A stretch of DNA of 32,000 bases. It comes from Candidatus Saccharimonadota bacterium. GTDB lineage: Bacteria; Patescibacteriota; Microgenomatia; UBA1406; GWC2-37-13. The stretch's first letter is position 1, and each line of letters starts with the position of its first letter. Below, piece by piece: positions 30,753-32,000 of this stretch. The translations under genes were made by a program, and so were the position numbers. The stretch spans positions 896,689 through 928,688 of the forward strand of contig CP064967.1 in assembly GCA_016699265.1 (NCBI GenBank), read 5' to 3'. Under the pieces are notes generated by a model that saw nothing but the letters and a program-made list of their open reading frames with translations, had not been told where the DNA came from and ran no database searches.

Positions 30753-32000
30753 TTACCTGCTTCTCCGCCTCAGGATAAATATAGTTCCAAAAGAACCGAT
30801 GTACAAGATGGTAAGAGGAAGGTCTTGGTAGCGCGCGTAAAATGAAACTTCTTTTATCTTAGGCACATCGACCAGTGGACTTTCTCGTATTAAGGATGGG
30901 ATTCTGTAGTCAAGATGTCCGGTTGGGCTTATCACAAGGCTGGGACCGGTGTTGGAGACATATATAAAGTACTTACCGTTCTCCATCGCGATACGCCGTA
31001 TATGATTCTCGATGCGCTTTGCTCCATCGGTCTCAAGAAATAACTGGATGTTCGCAATTCCGATGAAGAAGTCAAAGGGTTGATCAAGATTCGAGTAGTC
31101 GGCAACGAACTTATGATACGCAACCTCGAAGCAGGAGATTACCGGAAAAGTCGCATACTGCGAGTTAAACATCACCCGTTTGGTGCCGACCTTTACGTTC
31201 TTAGAGATTGGATGTACGGCTCTGTATGGGTCTAAGAGAATCTTTTTAGGGTCAAAGACCAGTGACACATCGTAGCCAGTCCATTTTGCATTTGGATTTG
31301 GTACGTCGGTGACTAGCTCAAGTGAGCCAGTAACGATCACAACATTTTCCTGAATGGACAATGCCGCGAGTTTTTCACCTATGTCTCGACGGTCATGGAG
31401 TACGTCAACAGGGACAGCATACTCTGGCCAAACAACTATTTTTGCTCCTTTTCGAGCAGCCTTTTTTGTCTCAGCACTGTAATAACGGAAGATCTCATCC
31501 GATCTGTTGAGGCGATCCTCCCAGCTCCAGTTAAAGTTACCCTGAAGTAGGGCAACCTTTACAGATTCCTGCTTTTTGATGGCGCTTCTTGTAGGACTGG
31601 TATTAAGTAATGGGACGGCGAGTAGAATAATGAACAAGACAATGTATATATAGAGAACTTGTGAAATCTTCTTCTTCTTTGTCTCAAGATAGAGGAGTGC
31701 CCCAAGAGATCCGGTTGAAAGGACAAGGATATCGGTGATGGATGAGCCAAAATACGGCACCAGCCAGTCAAAGACAGTTGTTGTGTTAACGATGGTAAGA
31801 AAGGCCTTGGCGTAGGCAAGAAAAGGAGAGTAATGGAAGATGAGCCTCATGACAAAGATCCCCACGCTCAGTCCAAATACCTGCACGAATACAGTTCGAG
31901 GGAATGTTTTATAGAGAAAATATGCGAAGACAAACATAACAGAGACCATGAGGCCATTAAAGGCAATGGCAAGATTGAAGGCGGTAAAGTCGGCAAAACG
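30753..32000 (-). CDS. lnt: Apolipoprotein N-acyltransferase (5' end beyond the window)
   Basis: Multi-TM N-terminal part plus a C-N hydrolase domain with VVWPEYAVP (Glu) and VISCFEVAY (Cys). The frame stays open and hydrophobic upstream of Met 31949 to the window edge. Confidence 0.8.
   Translation of the reverse strand, partial: RFADFTAFNLAIAFNGLMVSVMFVFAYFLYKTFPRTVFVQVFGLSVGIFVMRLIFHYSPFLAYAKAFLTIVNTTTVFDWLVPYFGSSITDILVLSTGSLGALLYLETKKKKISQVLYIYIVLFIILLAVPLLNTSPTRSAIKKQESVKVALLQGNFNWSWEDRLNRSDEIFRYYSAETKKAARKGAKIVVWPEYAVPVDVLHDRRDIGEKLAALSIQENVVIVTGSLELVTDVPNPNAKWTGYDVSLVFDPKKILLDPYRAVHPISKNVKVGTKRVMFNSQYATFPVISCFEVAYHKFVADYSNLDQPFDFFIGIANIQLFLETDGAKRIENHIRRIAMENGKYFIYVSNTGPSLVISPTGHLDYRIPSLIRESPLVDVPKIKEVSFYARYQDLPLTILYIGSFGTIFILRRRSR

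Noticed and set aside
1-32000. Alternative genetic code (UGA recoded), as in some CPR lineages
   Set aside because: Conserved proteins end at TGA where expected (PIN gene at 9779..9781, FNR-like gene at 22880..22882), and long ORFs are intact under the standard bacterial code.

Overview
This window looks like the replication-origin neighbourhood of a small, gene-dense, moderately AT-rich bacterial chromosome. The gene content suggests Patescibacteria/CPR (inference): a PrgI/VirB4/VirD4-like module, NrdR plus a class II RNR, a four-helix-bundle 'IVS' protein, many orphan secreted Thr/Pro-linker proteins, and often no Shine-Dalgarno site. From left to right the window holds:
- a comF-like fragment and nrdR
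- the B12-dependent RNR nrdJ, split by a 1-nt homopolymer indel
- a PduO-type adenosyltransferase
- a cobalamin riboswitch in front of two orphan genes
- trxA, an acyltransferase, a SpoIID-domain wall protein, a sortase-type surface protein and a PIN protein
- a DnaA-box cluster, then dnaA and dnaN
- a frameshifted Xer recombinase that has lost its active site
- rpsA
- a T4SS-like module (PrgI-like, partner, VirB4-like, VirD4/TraG-like), interrupted by tRNA-Ala, tRNA-Lys and a TPR gene
- an FNR-like reductase, split by a T-run indel
- a four-helix-bundle gene
- a PilX-like protein plus a 610-aa Cys-rich surface protein
- a minus-strand array of Thr-linker lipoproteins or anchored proteins, including tandem paralogues (one decayed)
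- lnt, which runs off the right edge

The most unusual signal is in the spacers. Most of the larger intergenic spacers are filled by an imperfect palindrome built from a short word repeated every 7 or 8 nt, and different spacers use different words: GTAT/ATAC, TATCGYG, GTT/AAC, CGTTAA, TCAAA. In one GTAT/ATAC element the four-helix-bundle ORF sits exactly between the two 5-heptad arms. Four other loci carry the same arms with only 17 to 46 nt between them. I read this as an IVS-like cassette family with loaded and empty members. I know of no prior description. The second lead is the riboswitch-controlled orphan gene pair next to the B12-RNR module.
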